Positions 51,545 to 64,000 of a stretch of DNA of 64,000 bases are shown here, piece after piece. The number at the start of each line of letters is the position of its first letter. Within the stretch, counting starts at the first letter, position 1. The notes under the pieces are model-generated. The model had not been told where the DNA came from, made no database searches, and saw only the letters and a list, made by a program, of their open reading frames with translations. This DNA comes from Asterias rubens (lineage: Eukaryota): NCBI RefSeq assembly GCF_902459465.1, contig NW_022985710.1:1-64000 (forward strand), written 5' to 3'. Both the position numbers and the translations under genes were made by a program.

Positions 51545-51584
51545 CTCCAGAAGACGATCAGAGCATACTGATCGAAACGTCGAG
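51545..51584 (+). ncRNA. Minimal hammerhead-ribozyme-like motif in probable Penelope-like remnant
   Basis: ctc-CAGAAGA-c-GATCAG(agcata)CTGATC-GAAA-C-GTC-gag; the core has a U4A deviation. Confidence 0.4.
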
Positions 51585-52204
51585 TTCAAACCAACGGTTC
51601 TTTTCAGAACCATCCCAACTCATTAGAGATAGTCATATTATATTCTATTTCCACCATGCAAAGTTCCTAATCATACTTATCACCAACCCTGTTCTGTAGA
51701 CTTTGACTAAAGTCCCCCAATCCCGTGAGAGTTCTTTAAATTTCAGTCCCATCGCCTAACGTCAAAAAAGTCCCCCAACCTAGGACTACAAACGCTACAT
51801 TTTGACGGCGGATGTAGGGACCTCCCCCTTAAGAACGGGACTTGAATCAAGTTCAGGTAAACTGCTGTCATCTCAGCCCAAGTTCGGGCAAAAAAAGCAG
51901 CCGAGCACAAACAAAATGCTTGCTCAAATAGGGCTGGGTACTTTTATTGTGTGGACACAAAACACAATGTACACAAACTAACATCAAACTCACACACTTT
52001 GCAGATAATAGTGGTAAAAAGCTTCCCTTAAAATATTACTTGCTAAGGTGATGTAGATTTTGAGAAATGAGTAAAACAAGAAGCCCAAATAATTGTCGCC
52101 TCCAGGAGACGAATATTATTTAGCATGTAAAACGTTTTTTTTTCTTTTTCGTGACAGTGCTTTACTCTTTTCTCAAAAACTATAGCACCTCAACAAGTAG
52201 TATT

Positions 52205-52520
52205 TTAAAGACACCGGACCAAAGACCAGTCTTCTCACTTTGTCTCAACAAATGCACAAAATAACAAACCTGTGAAATTTTGAGCTCAATTGGTCGTCGA
52301 AGTTGCGAGATAATAATGGAAGAAAAAACACCCTTGTCACACGAAGTTGTGTGCTTTCAAATGCTCAAAACCTCAAAATCTAATTCTGAGGTCTCGAAAT
52401 CAAATTCAAATGTTTTAGTGGAAAATTACTTCCTCTCGAAAACCACGTTACTTCAGAGGGATCCGTTTCTCACAATGTTTATGCTATCATCAGGTCACCA
52501 TCGGTCGCCAACAAGTAACT
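52205..52520. mobile_element. MITE family 1, degenerate copy
   Basis: Family-internal sequence (aacaaacctgtgaaattttgagctcaattggtcgtcgaagttgcgag); right end lost. Confidence 0.75.
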
Positions 52521-53197
52521 TTTTATGCTAACAAAATCTTAAGCAAACATCAATTGCATACAGTGTGTTTAAGGTAAGATTTCTATCATCACCATCTCGA
52601 ACCCAAATCCTTCAAATCAGAATAAGGTTTACGAACCATGTCACATGTTCCATGATCTTCTTATCCTGCTGGTAAGCTGCTCTAAAAAATTGGGTGATAG
52701 TGTACATTTTTTTTCAAAATGTTAATCTTCCTCTATTTTTTAACTCGTCTTACAGGGTCACCATTAAACCTACCCGCAAACAGTTAATCGTAGTTATGTT
52801 ATCAAGTGATTTAAGGAAGCACGTGGATAAATCATTATTGTTTTTTCGTCAAAAGCTCATAGTTTGATTAATTTACACTCACATTATGCAACGGCATGAA
52901 CCATAAATGTATTTTCCAGTACTTGTTTTACTTCATATTTAACATTTTTCAGAAGACGATATTATTCGCGGGCAGCAACCACAACATCTGCATTTTTTTA
53001 AAGTAAAATACCACCCTTTTGCTAAAGCAAATAATCATAATCATGTTAATTGCTAACTCTATATAAGGAACAAACAAACAAAACTTGACTGTTCTGTAAT
53101 TTGGCTGGTTTTCTTTCTTTTTGAAAATCCTCTTCGAAACTGTAATTTCAGACATTGACTGAGTACCCTGGTAGACATGAGAATTGTGGAATGTTAA

Positions 53198-53565
53198 AGA
53201 TGCTATGTCAGATTTTTTGCCGATTTGACCCAAACATTTTGATTTAAAATTCATTTAGGTATTTTGATGGGGGTCGAGAAAGTTACAAGCTTTCATTTGA
53301 GCCATTGCTCGAAAAAGTCCGCCAATTATTAGTAGCAGTGAAATAAAGTGCTCGAAATTAGTTTTTGTCGGGATCCCGACAATATATCATGTGACCAATT
53401 CGTTTGTGTTTTGTGAGAAACGTTTTAAATATTTGTCATGGTTCCTGACCATTAAAAGTAAAAGTTAAACTTTTTTCGTTAGAGCGGGTGATACTCTTTG
53501 AAATACCATTCACTCAAAACAATCTATTTTTTAATGGCTGGGGCAAAAAATCTGACATAGCATCT
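53198..53565. mobile_element. TTAA-flanked MITE, fourth family, perfect 24-bp TIR
   Basis: TTAA-agatgctatgtcagattttttgcc...ggcaaaaaatctgacatagcatct-TTAA. Confidence 0.9.
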
Positions 53566-56500
53566 TTAATAAGCAACATGACTTTAACAAAGTAAGAGTA
53601 CAGAACAACCTATAGAACACTCTGCCTATAGTGGTGTAGCAACTTAATCCCGCGTGTGCGATTTCATTTGCAATTTCTTTTTAACTTGATGTAGGTAGAC
53701 AATTGGTAAATGTTAAATTTAAATGTTAAATAATAAATGTTAAATTTGAATGGGGATAAAGAATACTATTTTTGGTTTTGATCCTATATACACCGATGTG
53801 TGTAAGCATAGTTTATCAGTACGTTCCCGAGCTCTTCAAAAAAAAGTCACAGGCATAATTACCTGGGCGGGATTCGAAACCACGACCCTTATATTTGGTT
53901 GTTATGTAGCAAACCCTTCTTTAAGAATATGACAATACTGACTAAGACCCCTGTTGTTCGCTAGACCAATTCACGCCAACACAAAAGCCATGGCACGAGA
54001 CTCATTCTGAATGAGAAATTTCTCCATTCATTCTCTGACATGCTATAGTCGCCAAGCAAATACAATGCATAGGAGACCCACTTAGTGTTATATGCAAATT
54101 AATATGTAAGAGTCTTAGTTCTTGCATCTTCTTCCCTGTACAGGGGAGGTATGAGTGTTAGTTGTTGTGCTGGACTGCAGAGAGACAAGATGGCTGATAC
54201 CAGAAGGGCCAACGAGGGATTCGAACCTTCGCGCTTTCATTTATTTTTTCTTGAATTTTAGCCACTCACCGTACAATCTGTGTTCACCAAATTCGTTTTG
54301 CCAGCACCTTTCTACCATAGAGAAGCTGTTCGAGCTTCTTTAACATTTGTTGATGAGTGAGTGGCAATCATTTTGAGAGTCGTTCAACTGCATAACTTTA
54401 GCAATGATGACCCAGTAGTTTCACTGTTGAGTCCCGAGGACCTTCGCAAGTTTCACGCGACTAGAACACTTTTTTCTCCACCAGTGACAGTTAGAACAAA
54501 GCCTAAAAAGGCCAAAATCTTCGGCGTGGGGCTTGCGATAGGCTTGGATGTGCTCCGGTGAAACTACACCCGCGAATGCAGTTTAAACAAAACGAACAAA
54601 AAATGTTCACAATTTGTTTTCTTGGCGAACACCAATGTTCGCATAATCTGGCTCGGTGGGGCTAGCCCGGCCCAAGCATCTTCAACCCGCCACACGCCCG
54701 GTCGATAGAGACGGGCAGAGAGAACGCAATGCCGCGTGGTAAGTGTTCCATTACGGCAATACCTAACAACTAAGAAATAAATTGTTTTCCAACTCAAGTG
54801 AGATATTCCTTTTGTAATAAAATAGTGAAAAAAGTGGTGGCAGGACACGGAAACTTGATTAAAAAATCACAAGTACAAAGGGGCACTTCTTGCTAACTAA
54901 GTTTGTAATTTTCGATTAAACGTGTCATAAACCAGCCTCAAATTAGCTCTCTTGTTGTTTCATTTTGTATAAATAAAATTTACATGGAGGTAAAAACAAA
55001 AACACTATGTTTGGCTGAACAATCTTAAAAAAAGCATATCTCTCATAAGAGCTAATAAAATACAACATTTATTGCGGTAAATTTTATACTCAAAAGTAAA
55101 ACTTCAAAATGAAAGGGCACCGGGCCACCCTTGCATCAGGAACCGAAATGGTGACGGGGGGTATCAGCCCAACCCCCATTAGATACTCAATGTGCTGACA
55201 ATATCACCTTCCACCTTCAAGACTATGATAAGGTTCTCGATCAATACATGTTTTTGAAATGTTTTTGTCACTGTGTTTTTTCCTTTTCATCCTTATTCTT
55301 CAGTTGATGATGAAGGAGTTTGCAGTGTGTGGTTTTTGTCTATGGATCTGGAAGTTCTTCAAATGTAAAGACATAGAGGTTACAACAAATGGTAAGAGAA
55401 AACCTATAACATAAGTTTACCCCCAATGTATTTTACAATTAATTACAGGAACTTGTTGATGTTGTTAATGTTGGTCACTGGTGACACACTCCTCTTTGAG
55501 GGACCTTTCTTATACGGTGCATATTGGTCGTGTCCAATGATGCAGTCAAGTTGTTAGTTTTTGGCACACTCTTACAATTCTCTTACTGGTCGAACTTCAA
55601 GTCAACAGTTGTCATGTTTTAATAAAATATATTGTCATTGATTTATTAACAAAAAAAACCAATAATTTATTGCAATGAAACAATATAAACTATATTTTGC
55701 ATATTTAGGAGCAGCATAACATTACAACAAACAGTTTACTGTTGTCATTATAAGACTGGTGTCAGTGTGGAGTTTTTGAAAATAATTAACAATAATTCAG
55801 ATTTGCTGAATTAAGTTTAACATTTCTGATAATCAGCTTTACATACATTATTTTTTCTTGTAAAAACCTTATGGCCTTTATATAAAATAGGTTGTTTCTT
55901 ATGAAATAGGTTGTTTTTTAAGATGCAGTCAAGTTGTTAGCTCTTAAAAATTTCCCACGGGTCGAACTTCAAGTCAACAGTTGTCATGTTTAAGTTAACA
56001 TATCTTAAATTTATTGTTTAAAAACTTATAAACCCATGTGCTTGTTGTCAGAGAACGTTTAAGACAATTTAATTGTCTTAAGATTCTCTGGAATAATTTT
56101 AATAATAAAATACAATTTTAAGCAACACAAAGAAATTCAACAAAAACACATATAGATCTAAGCAAGCTGGAACTAGTCCTGGATACAATTATGAAACTGT
56201 GCATTTATTTTAATTTGCTCTAAATCGAGTCAAGTTAAAGTTTACCCTTTTCAAATAATGAAAAATATAAAATTAAACAATTTAAGTGCCTCGTGCATTT
56301 TCCCACTATAAATAAATTGCTGTTGATTCCGGAAATATTAAGACAAATTTAGAAAAGCTAAATTTGTTTAATATTTCTTGTACCAACACAATCTGATCAA
56401 TGAAAAGTTTAACCACTTTAGCAAGAATGCCACAAGGTTTTAAGAGATGTATGTCCTGTAGTCCAACAAAATCTCAAATAATGCTGATTTCAAGCGCTTC

Positions 56501-57110
56501 TAGACAGTAGCGCAGCACCTGACCAAGTTTTGTTGAAGGCAAACACGCTGCGCGAAAAAAGAAAAAAAAATGAAGAAGAAAGAGAAAGAAGATCTTTATA
56601 CGCCTCTGCCGAATGTCACAAGACGCAGACTAGCAAGAAATGGACAAAGAATGATGCTGAGGTTTGTATTGGTAAGATATTATAGAAAGAGGCCTAGAGT
56701 AGACCCCCTAGAATTAAATGTGATCTTTTTCGCAGGTAGTTTTCATCGTACGGGTTGGTAAAGTATGAGTTACTTAGTCTTGGTTCCGAGACACACATGT
56801 TTCTTTTTGAGAACGAACAAAACAACATGCTTCAAAAATTACTAACATCCCGAACCAAGACTAAGTAACTAACCCAATGCAAGCCCTAGAAGCAAGAGAT
56901 GTTCCTTGAAGGAAGACAATGCAGAGAAGGTTAAGTATGAGGTAAATATAAAAGTCTTGTATCATGGTATGAGTGAGGTTGGGTACTCTAGGTAACCCGG
57001 CCTGACCATCATGTGCAGGGCCACTAACCTCCGTTTTCTCCGCAACCTTTTATTATTTTACCAACAACCTTTCTTCGCAACCTTTAACTATTATATTTCC
57101 TATGCATGCG

Positions 57111-57515
57111 TTAACAACCGTTTTCCTCTGCAGCATTAACAACCGTTTTCCTCTGCAGCATTAACAACCGTTTTCATCTGCAGCATTTACAACCGTTTTT
57201 TTCCTCTGCAGCATCAACAACCGTTTCCCTTTGCAGCATTAACAACCGTTTTCCTCCGCAGTATTAACAACCGTTTTCCTTTGCAGCATTAACAACCGTT
57301 TTCCTCGGCAGGATTAACAACCGTTTTCCTCTGCAGCATTAACAACCGTTTTCCTTCGCAGCATTAACAACCGTTTTCCTCCGCAGCATTAACAACCGTT
57401 TTCCTCTGCAGCATTAACAACCGTTTTCCACCGCAGCATTAACAACCGTTTTCCTCTGCAGCATTAACAACCGTTTGCCTTTGCAGCATTAACAGCCGTT
57501 TTCCTACGTAGCCGC
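57111..57515. repeat. Minisatellite, ~25-bp unit TTAACAACCGTTTTCCTCTGCAGCA, ~16 copies
   Basis: Head-to-tail copies without spacers. Confidence 0.95.
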
Positions 57516-57989
57516 ATCATCATAAACCGTTTCCCTCCAACGCTTTTCCAACATTCATCACAACCTCTTGTGGCGGCTGCCAACTTAACAGAGATTCTGG
57601 AGGTACAACTCGATAAGACAACTCAGTGACTACAAGGCATTCATCCCTCTTTCTTGAGATTGATGTCTGCCTTAATGACTCTCACAAAGTACTCTTAATG
57701 GAAGAGCAACACCAGTTGGTAATGTATCAGTTAAAGTCACCTGGAAATAGCATTTTTTTTCTTTCAAACATAAGAGTATATGCTTACGAACAATAAAACA
57801 ATTTTTTTAGTAATTGTTTGTCACGATTTATATGTTTAAAAAATATATAAAGTTGTTTGGGGCTGACTCCGCCTACCCCTTTTGTGACGTCAATCGAGGC
57901 AGACTTTGCCTGCAATGCGTATAGTAAATACACGTGCAAAGTACAAGTACGTCCAAGTCGTGAGTTGGTACGTTTCAAAAAGTGTTTAT

Positions 57990-60730
57990 AGATAGCTCAT
58001 TATAATTACGTTATTGTAATTTCTTGTTTTTCAGAGCTCAGCATTTGCTGCTGTCACGAAGGCCTTTGACCTAAATTGCTCAATGTTTGGTACAAGTAAC
58101 AGCAAAATATAAAACCCAGAAGACTGTTCAAAATTATGTCTACACCACATCGGCCCTTTTCAGAGCCAACACTCCCTCACAGGAGAATTACAAATTCTTG
58201 TACCCGCAACTTTACAATTTATTTACAGTTTCTTTCAACAAAATAAAACCATTGAACAAAAATATTGATACATCGTCTAGAAGCAATTAACGCTCGAGCC
58301 TTGAAGGACAACAATTTGCAGAATTCTCAGCACAGAAAAATCACCTGGTCACTTGAGAATAAAGAGAGTGGAAAACAAACATGGACGTTCCGTTCACTTA
58401 ATACAACTTTGGTGGAGTACAGAAGTAATTTAAATTCAAATCTACATAGAGAACTTTTTATGATTGACAATAATTTTAATTGTGGTGTTCAATCCCTCCG
58501 GAAAAGAATTCAAGCTCATTCTTACAAATAGTAAATAGCTTATTATAATTATGTTTTCGTGATTTTTTTGTTTTTTTGTTGTTTCAGAGCTCAGCAGTTG
58601 CTGCTGCCACGAAGGTCTTTGACCTATATTGCTCAAGGTTTGGTAAAGTACCACTTAAGTTTTAGCAAGTACCAGCAAAATATAAAACCCAGAAGACTGT
58701 TCAAAATTATATCTAAACCACACCGGCCCTTTTCAGAGTCAACACTCCCTCACCAGAGATTACAAATTCTTGTACCCGCAAGTTTACAATTTATTTACAG
58801 TTTCTTTTAACAAAATAAAACCAATGAACCAAAAATGATACATCGTCGAGATGCAAATAACGCTCGAGCCTTGAAGGACAAAAATTTGCAGAATTCTCAG
58901 CACAGAAAAATCACCTGGTTACTTGAGAATAAAGAGAGTGGAAAACAAACATGGACGTTCCGTTCACTTAATACAACTTTGGTGGAGTACAGAAGTAATT
59001 TAAATTCAAATCTACATAGAGAACCTTTTATGATTGACAATAATTTTAATTGTGGTGCTCAATCCCTCCGGAAAAGAATTCAAGCTCATTCTTTAAACAA
59101 TAAATAGCTTATTATAAATATGTTATCGTGATTTTTTTGTTTTTTGTTTGTTTCAGAACTCAGCAGTTGCTGCTGCCACGAAGGTCTTTGACCTATATTG
59201 CACAAGGTTTGGTAATGTATCACTTAAGTTTTAGCAAGTACCAGCAAAATATAAAACCCAGAAGACTGTTCAAAATGATATCTAAACCACACCGGCCCTT
59301 TTCAGAGTCAACACTCCCTCACCAGAGATTACAAATTCTTGTACCCGCAAGTTTACAATTTATTTACAGTTTCTTTTAACAAAATAAAACCATTGAACCA
59401 AAAATGATACATCGTTTAGAAGCAATTAACGCTCGAGCCTTGAAGGACAACAATTTGCAGAATTCTCAGCACAGAAAAATCACCTGGTTACTTGAGAAGA
59501 AAGAGAGTGGAAAACAAACATGGACGTTCCGTTCACTTAATACAACTTTGGTGGAGTACAGAAGTAATTTAAATTCAAATCTACATAGAGAACTTTTTAT
59601 GATTGACAATAATTTTAATTGTGGTGCTCAATCCCTCCGGAAAAGAATTCAAGCTCATTCTTTAAACAATAAATAGCTTATTATAAATATGTTATCGTGA
59701 TTTTTTTGTTTTTTGTTTGTTTCAGAACTCAGCAGTTGCTGCTGCCACGAAGGCCTTTGACCAATATTGCTCAAGGTTTGGTAATGTATCACTTAAGTTT
59801 TAGCAAGTACCAGCAAAAAATAAAACCCAGAAGAATGTTCAAAATGATATCTAAACCACACCGGCCCTTTTCAGAGTCAACACTCACTCACCAGAGATTC
59901 ACAAATTCTTGTACCCGCAAGTTTACTATCTATTTATAGTTTCTTTCTACAAAATAAAACCCTTTAAAGCAATGAGCCTTCAAGTACAAAGAATCTGCAG
60001 AAATTTACTCCGCACAGAAAAATCTTCTGATTGTTTGAGAGTAAAGAGAGTGGAAAATCTTTTTATGAAAGACAAATAGTGGAGCTCAATCCCTCCTGAA
60101 AAGTTCAATCTCATTCTTCAAATTATAGATAGCTCATTACAATTACGTTATTGTAATTTCTTGTTTTTCAGAGCTCAGCCTTTGCTGCTGTCACGAAGGC
60201 CTTTGACCTAAATTGCTCAATGTTTGGTACAAGTAACAGCAGAATATAAGACCCAGAAGACTGTTCAAAATGATGTCTAAACCACATCGGCCCTTTTCAG
60301 AGCCAACACTCCCTCACAAGAGAATTACAAATTCTTGCACCCGCAACTTTACAATTTATTTACAGTTTCTTTCAACAAAATAAACCCATTGAACAAAAAA
60401 TGATACATCGTTTAGAAGCAATTAACGCTCGAGCCTTGAAGGACAATAATTTGCAGAATTCTCAGCACAGAAAAATCACCTGGTTACTTGAGAAGAAAGA
60501 GAGTGGAAAACAAACATGGACGTTCCGTTCACTTAATACAACTTTGGTGGAGTACAGAAGTAGTTTAAATTCAAATCTACATAGAGAACTTTTTATGATT
60601 GACAATAATTTTAATAGTGGTGCTCAATCCCTCCGGAAAAGAAAATAAATGTTATTGTAATTTCTTGTTTTTCAGAGCTCAGCAGTTTCTGCTGCCGTAA
60701 AAGGCCTTTGACCAAAGTTGCTCTACGTAG
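57990..60730. repeat. Tandem array, ~569-bp unit, ~5 units in two subtypes, each with an AG/55-nt/GT exon-like cassette
   Basis: ttgaaggaca at ~58301, 58871, 59440 and 60438; cassettes at 58035, 58588, 59157, 59726, 60172 and (degenerate) 60676. Confidence 0.92.
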
Positions 60731-61122
60731 ATTATGTGCAGTGTGCATCGGCGAGTGACATTGGCAATAAAAATACACCACCAGGACGCTTGGTAAGTTG
60801 GCAGGATTGATATTTCCGATTTCCACAAAGCCAGCTGCATTTTGAGACTTATTTCTACTTCATGGCAAAATCATGCAGTTCTCAAACCCATAGAGAAAGT
60901 GAAATGCGACAACAACAACAAACAAAGTGTGTACAAGGAAAAGTCTTGCTACACGACGTAAAAGGTATTCCAGTGTGAATGCCTTTTCTTCTAACTTTAA
61001 GATTGCCTTGAACTCTTTGCCCTGTATGACACGGCCCTAATTTAATTAAAAACCAACACATTACACTTGTTTTGGTTTGGTATAGTCAAGCCATGAATAT
61101 CATCATCTTTTTATTTTTACAG

Positions 61123-61221
61123 CTGATGAGTTCCTCTTGCCAATTGCTGAGGAGTTCGTCCAGCCAAGACTGTAGTGTGTATGGTGAATGTTGTGGACGT
61201 GAACATCTACTGGGATACATG
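61123..61221 (+). other. Exon-like island with strong splice sites (probable pseudogene or lncRNA exon)
   Basis: ttttacag|CTGATGAG...GATACATG|gtaagt; ADEFLLPIAEEFVQP followed by a 1-nt shift to TVVCMVNVVDVNIYWDTW. Confidence 0.4.
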
Positions 61222-62154
61222 GTAAGTTCAAGATTGAATGACAACTTGAAAACCTGTCTTCACTGATGGCCTCGAGTCGGAGAAAAGCTTTAAACTACTT
61301 TTACATGAGTCACTTATAATTGCTCTTACGCTCTTAGGCTAACAATTGTGTCCACTTTGTAAGCATAAAACCAGTAAAACTTCTGAAGACAATTGGAGCA
61401 TCTGAACGAAATGTCAATAAACCATCGGATGGTTTCAGAACCACATAATAAACTCAAAGAGAGATGGGTTACAAACCATTTTAGATTGTATCTCCATCAT
61501 GGACTCTTTCAAATAAACTTCAGAACCATGTGAAAAACTGTCACAACAAAAACGGTATTTTTTCGAATTAATTATCAAACTTCTGAATCTCTAATAAGTG
61601 GCACAAACACTGACTAAGTGGTACAAAATAAGTATTACAATACCTATTTAAAGTGGTAAAAAACACAAACTATTGTTACGGGCTGTGTCATCATCATACT
61701 GGCTAAAACTAAACTGAAAAAAAATCATATTAGTTTGTTCTCATGGTATTGATAAAAGATGTGATTTCACCTATAGGCTTTGAAGATGACCTGAAGATAC
61801 CTGAGGCAGCCAACTCTTTGGGGCTGATAATGGTGGTGTTTTCATCGAGCTGACGACGGACTACTACAAGTCTACCGGAAGATCTTCATCTATGTTACTT
61901 GGTTCGATGAGAGGCTGTCATAACTTCAACTACTTGACATTCGGCTATAAGGGTCATCTGCAGACTTACTTTGTGGGCAGTTGTTTTAAATGTCCACTTA
62001 AGTAGGACTTTTCTTAAAACTTAAAGAGGGTCAGTCTTCAAGGTCATTACGGTCTGTGGCTGAGTGACTTTAGCATTGAATTATGAACTCTATAATTTCA
62101 TAATTTCATGCACAGCCACAGTCCTTAATTGAACTTTTGTACAGTCCCCTTTAA

Positions 62155-62392
62155 AGGCAGTGGACACTATTGGTAATAACTAAAAATAACTCAGCATAAA
62201 ACCTCACTTGGTAACAAGTAATGGGGAGCTGTTGATGATATAAAACACTGTGAGAAACGGCTCCCTCTGAAGTGACGTAGTTTTCGAGAAAGAAGTAATT
62301 TTCCACAAATCTGATTTCGAGACCTCAAGTTTAGAATTTTGAGGTCACGAAATCAAGCATCTGAAAGCACAAAACTTCGTGTGACAAGGGTG
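62155..62392. mobile_element. MITE family 1, right half replaced by unrelated repeat-like sequence
   Basis: TTAA-AGGCAGTGGACACTATTGGTAA start; homology stops at gacaagggtgtt. Confidence 0.8.
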
Positions 62393-63163
62393 TTGTTAGC
62401 TGTTCCGACCTACCGTCGGAACAGGTTTTAGTCGGAACAGGTTTTTTTCGTCTAGATTTTTATTGTTTTTATTATTATTCTTTGTTTCCGCCTAAAACTA
62501 ATTATTTGTTGAGAGTTTTCGCTTGAAGACGCACATGGCTACGACCGCGCCACGGTTTCTTAATTAATTTTTTTTTTTTGCTAAAACTTTGGCAAGTTCA
62601 TGATTGTGTTTGACTCAAATATTAGTTTTTCGTACTTAAATTGTGTTTAGTATGCGCCTTGTTTCACCAAGTTATAAATAGTAAATTTAATTGAATCGAA
62701 TTGATTGACTAGAATTCGGTAGTTTAAAATGTTCTTTAATTGGGGCGACATTACTATTAAAATGACAATAAATTATAATCATTATTATTTTTGTCAAATT
62801 GAAATGATTATGTTTTAGCTGTTAATGCCTTTCACACACATTTTACCGACAACCAACTTCCCACTTCATAATGGTGGTACTGCAGTATACATGTTTTTCC
62901 TGCAAGTATCTGACTGTCGCAAAAAAAACTGATTGCTAGAAGTGGTTGCCTGTAATTTTGTCCCGTGAGAAATACTCTTTATGACGTCTACTGAAAGTTA
63001 AAATTAATCGAGTTGTAATTTTATTCTAAAGTGGATAAATAAAAAAAGTGTAACTATTCAGATTTTGGAATGAGCAGTTTACTTATAATTATAATTATTT
63101 CGTTGTATTCGTTCCTGTTGCTAGAATGGAATGCTTCCACAAGTTTTGCTTTCGTCTGTTTAA

Positions 63164-63560
63164 AGACACTGGACACTGTTGGTATTATTGTCAAAGACTA
63201 GTCGTCACAGTTGGTGTATCGCAACAAAACTATGCATAACATAACAAACCTGTGAAAATTTGAGCTAAATCGGTCGTCGAAGTTCCGAGATATTAATGAA
63301 AGAAAAAACACCCATGTCGAACCATAGTCACACGAAGTTGTGTGCTTTCAGATGTTTGATTTCGACCTCAAAAATTAATTCTAAATCGGAGGTCTTAATT
63401 AAATTTGTGGAAAATTACTTCTTTCTCAAAAAATACGTCACTTCAGAGGGAGCTGTTTCTCACAATGTTTTACACTATCAACCTCTCCCCATTACTCGTA
63501 ATAAGAAAGGTTTTTATGCTAATAATTATTTTGAGTATTTACCAATAGTGTCCACTGCCT
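63164..63560. mobile_element. MITE family 1 copy
   Basis: TTAA-AGACACTGGACACTGTTGGT...TACCAATAGTGTCCACTGCCT-TTAA. Confidence 0.88.
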
Positions 63561-64000
63561 TTAACTTTGGTATGAATTATACACAATAAGTGAAAATCGA
63601 ACTTCTTTATAATTTCATTCAAACATGAATTTGGTAACTTCGACACTAATTCAGTAATAAGAATAATAGTTGAAAACCACCCCTTTGAAATAGTTTAAGA
63701 GAGCGAGGTATTTTTTTCACCAACAAATTTGACTCTGAGAAAGGTTTTAGGTCTGAACCGTTTCGATGACTATTCCTGGAAAGCGCCCTCTATAGTTTTT
63801 ATAACGTGCAATCGTGGCATGATGATTGCTGGTCCTGTGTTTTTTCCGCAATAATTGAGTTCAAAAATTATGAAAAATTAATTTTTGTTTTTGCTTTTTC
63901 TAATTAATTTTTCTAAGGATGCAATAAGAATCCTGAGGAGATGTGGATGGTATTTATTTAATTTTGGAAGAAAGAAAAGAAGAAAATTATTTTTTTTTCT

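Noticed and set aside
57111-57515. CRISPR-like array
   Set aside because: Units are contiguous with no unique spacers, and the context is eukaryotic.
58265-60648. Repeated ORFs MIHRLEAIN... and MIFLFF... in the 569-bp array
   Set aside because: AT-rich with no domain similarity; the second begins in a polypyrimidine tract, and lengths vary between units.

Overview
AT-rich eukaryotic (animal) genomic DNA with spliceosomal introns and one assembly gap (N at 42542-42693). The gene and repeat content suggests an echinoderm, probably a sea star; this is inference and needs a BLAST check. Layout: (1) 1-7788, the end of a 469-bp satellite array. (2) ~12.4-39 kb, a minus-strand cluster of single-exon secreted C-type lectin (CTLD) genes that ancestrally carried a C-terminal PAN/apple domain. 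The cluster occurs as two tandem near-identical blocks (A ~12394-24955; B ~24958-39051) containing four open copies, three pseudogenes and two fragments. (3) 41470-46207, an intact 4-exon UDP-glucuronosyltransferase gene (549 aa) with a compact TATA/CCAAT/ARE-like promoter and a palindrome abutting its stop codon. (4) 46.6-62 kb, plus-strand exon-like islands of decayed or unannotated gene(s), including a ~569-bp tandem array whose units each carry a 55-nt exon-like cassette. Non-autonomous DNA transposons (TTAA/Kolobok-like, TA/Tc1-like, Harbinger-like), a SINE and Penelope-like remnants are scattered throughout. The most notable signals are in the lectin cluster: a shared +1 frameshift detaching the PAN domain, a 79-nt block identical between divergent paralogs, a chimeric copy with a swapped sugar-binding region, and reciprocal gene loss between the two blocks.
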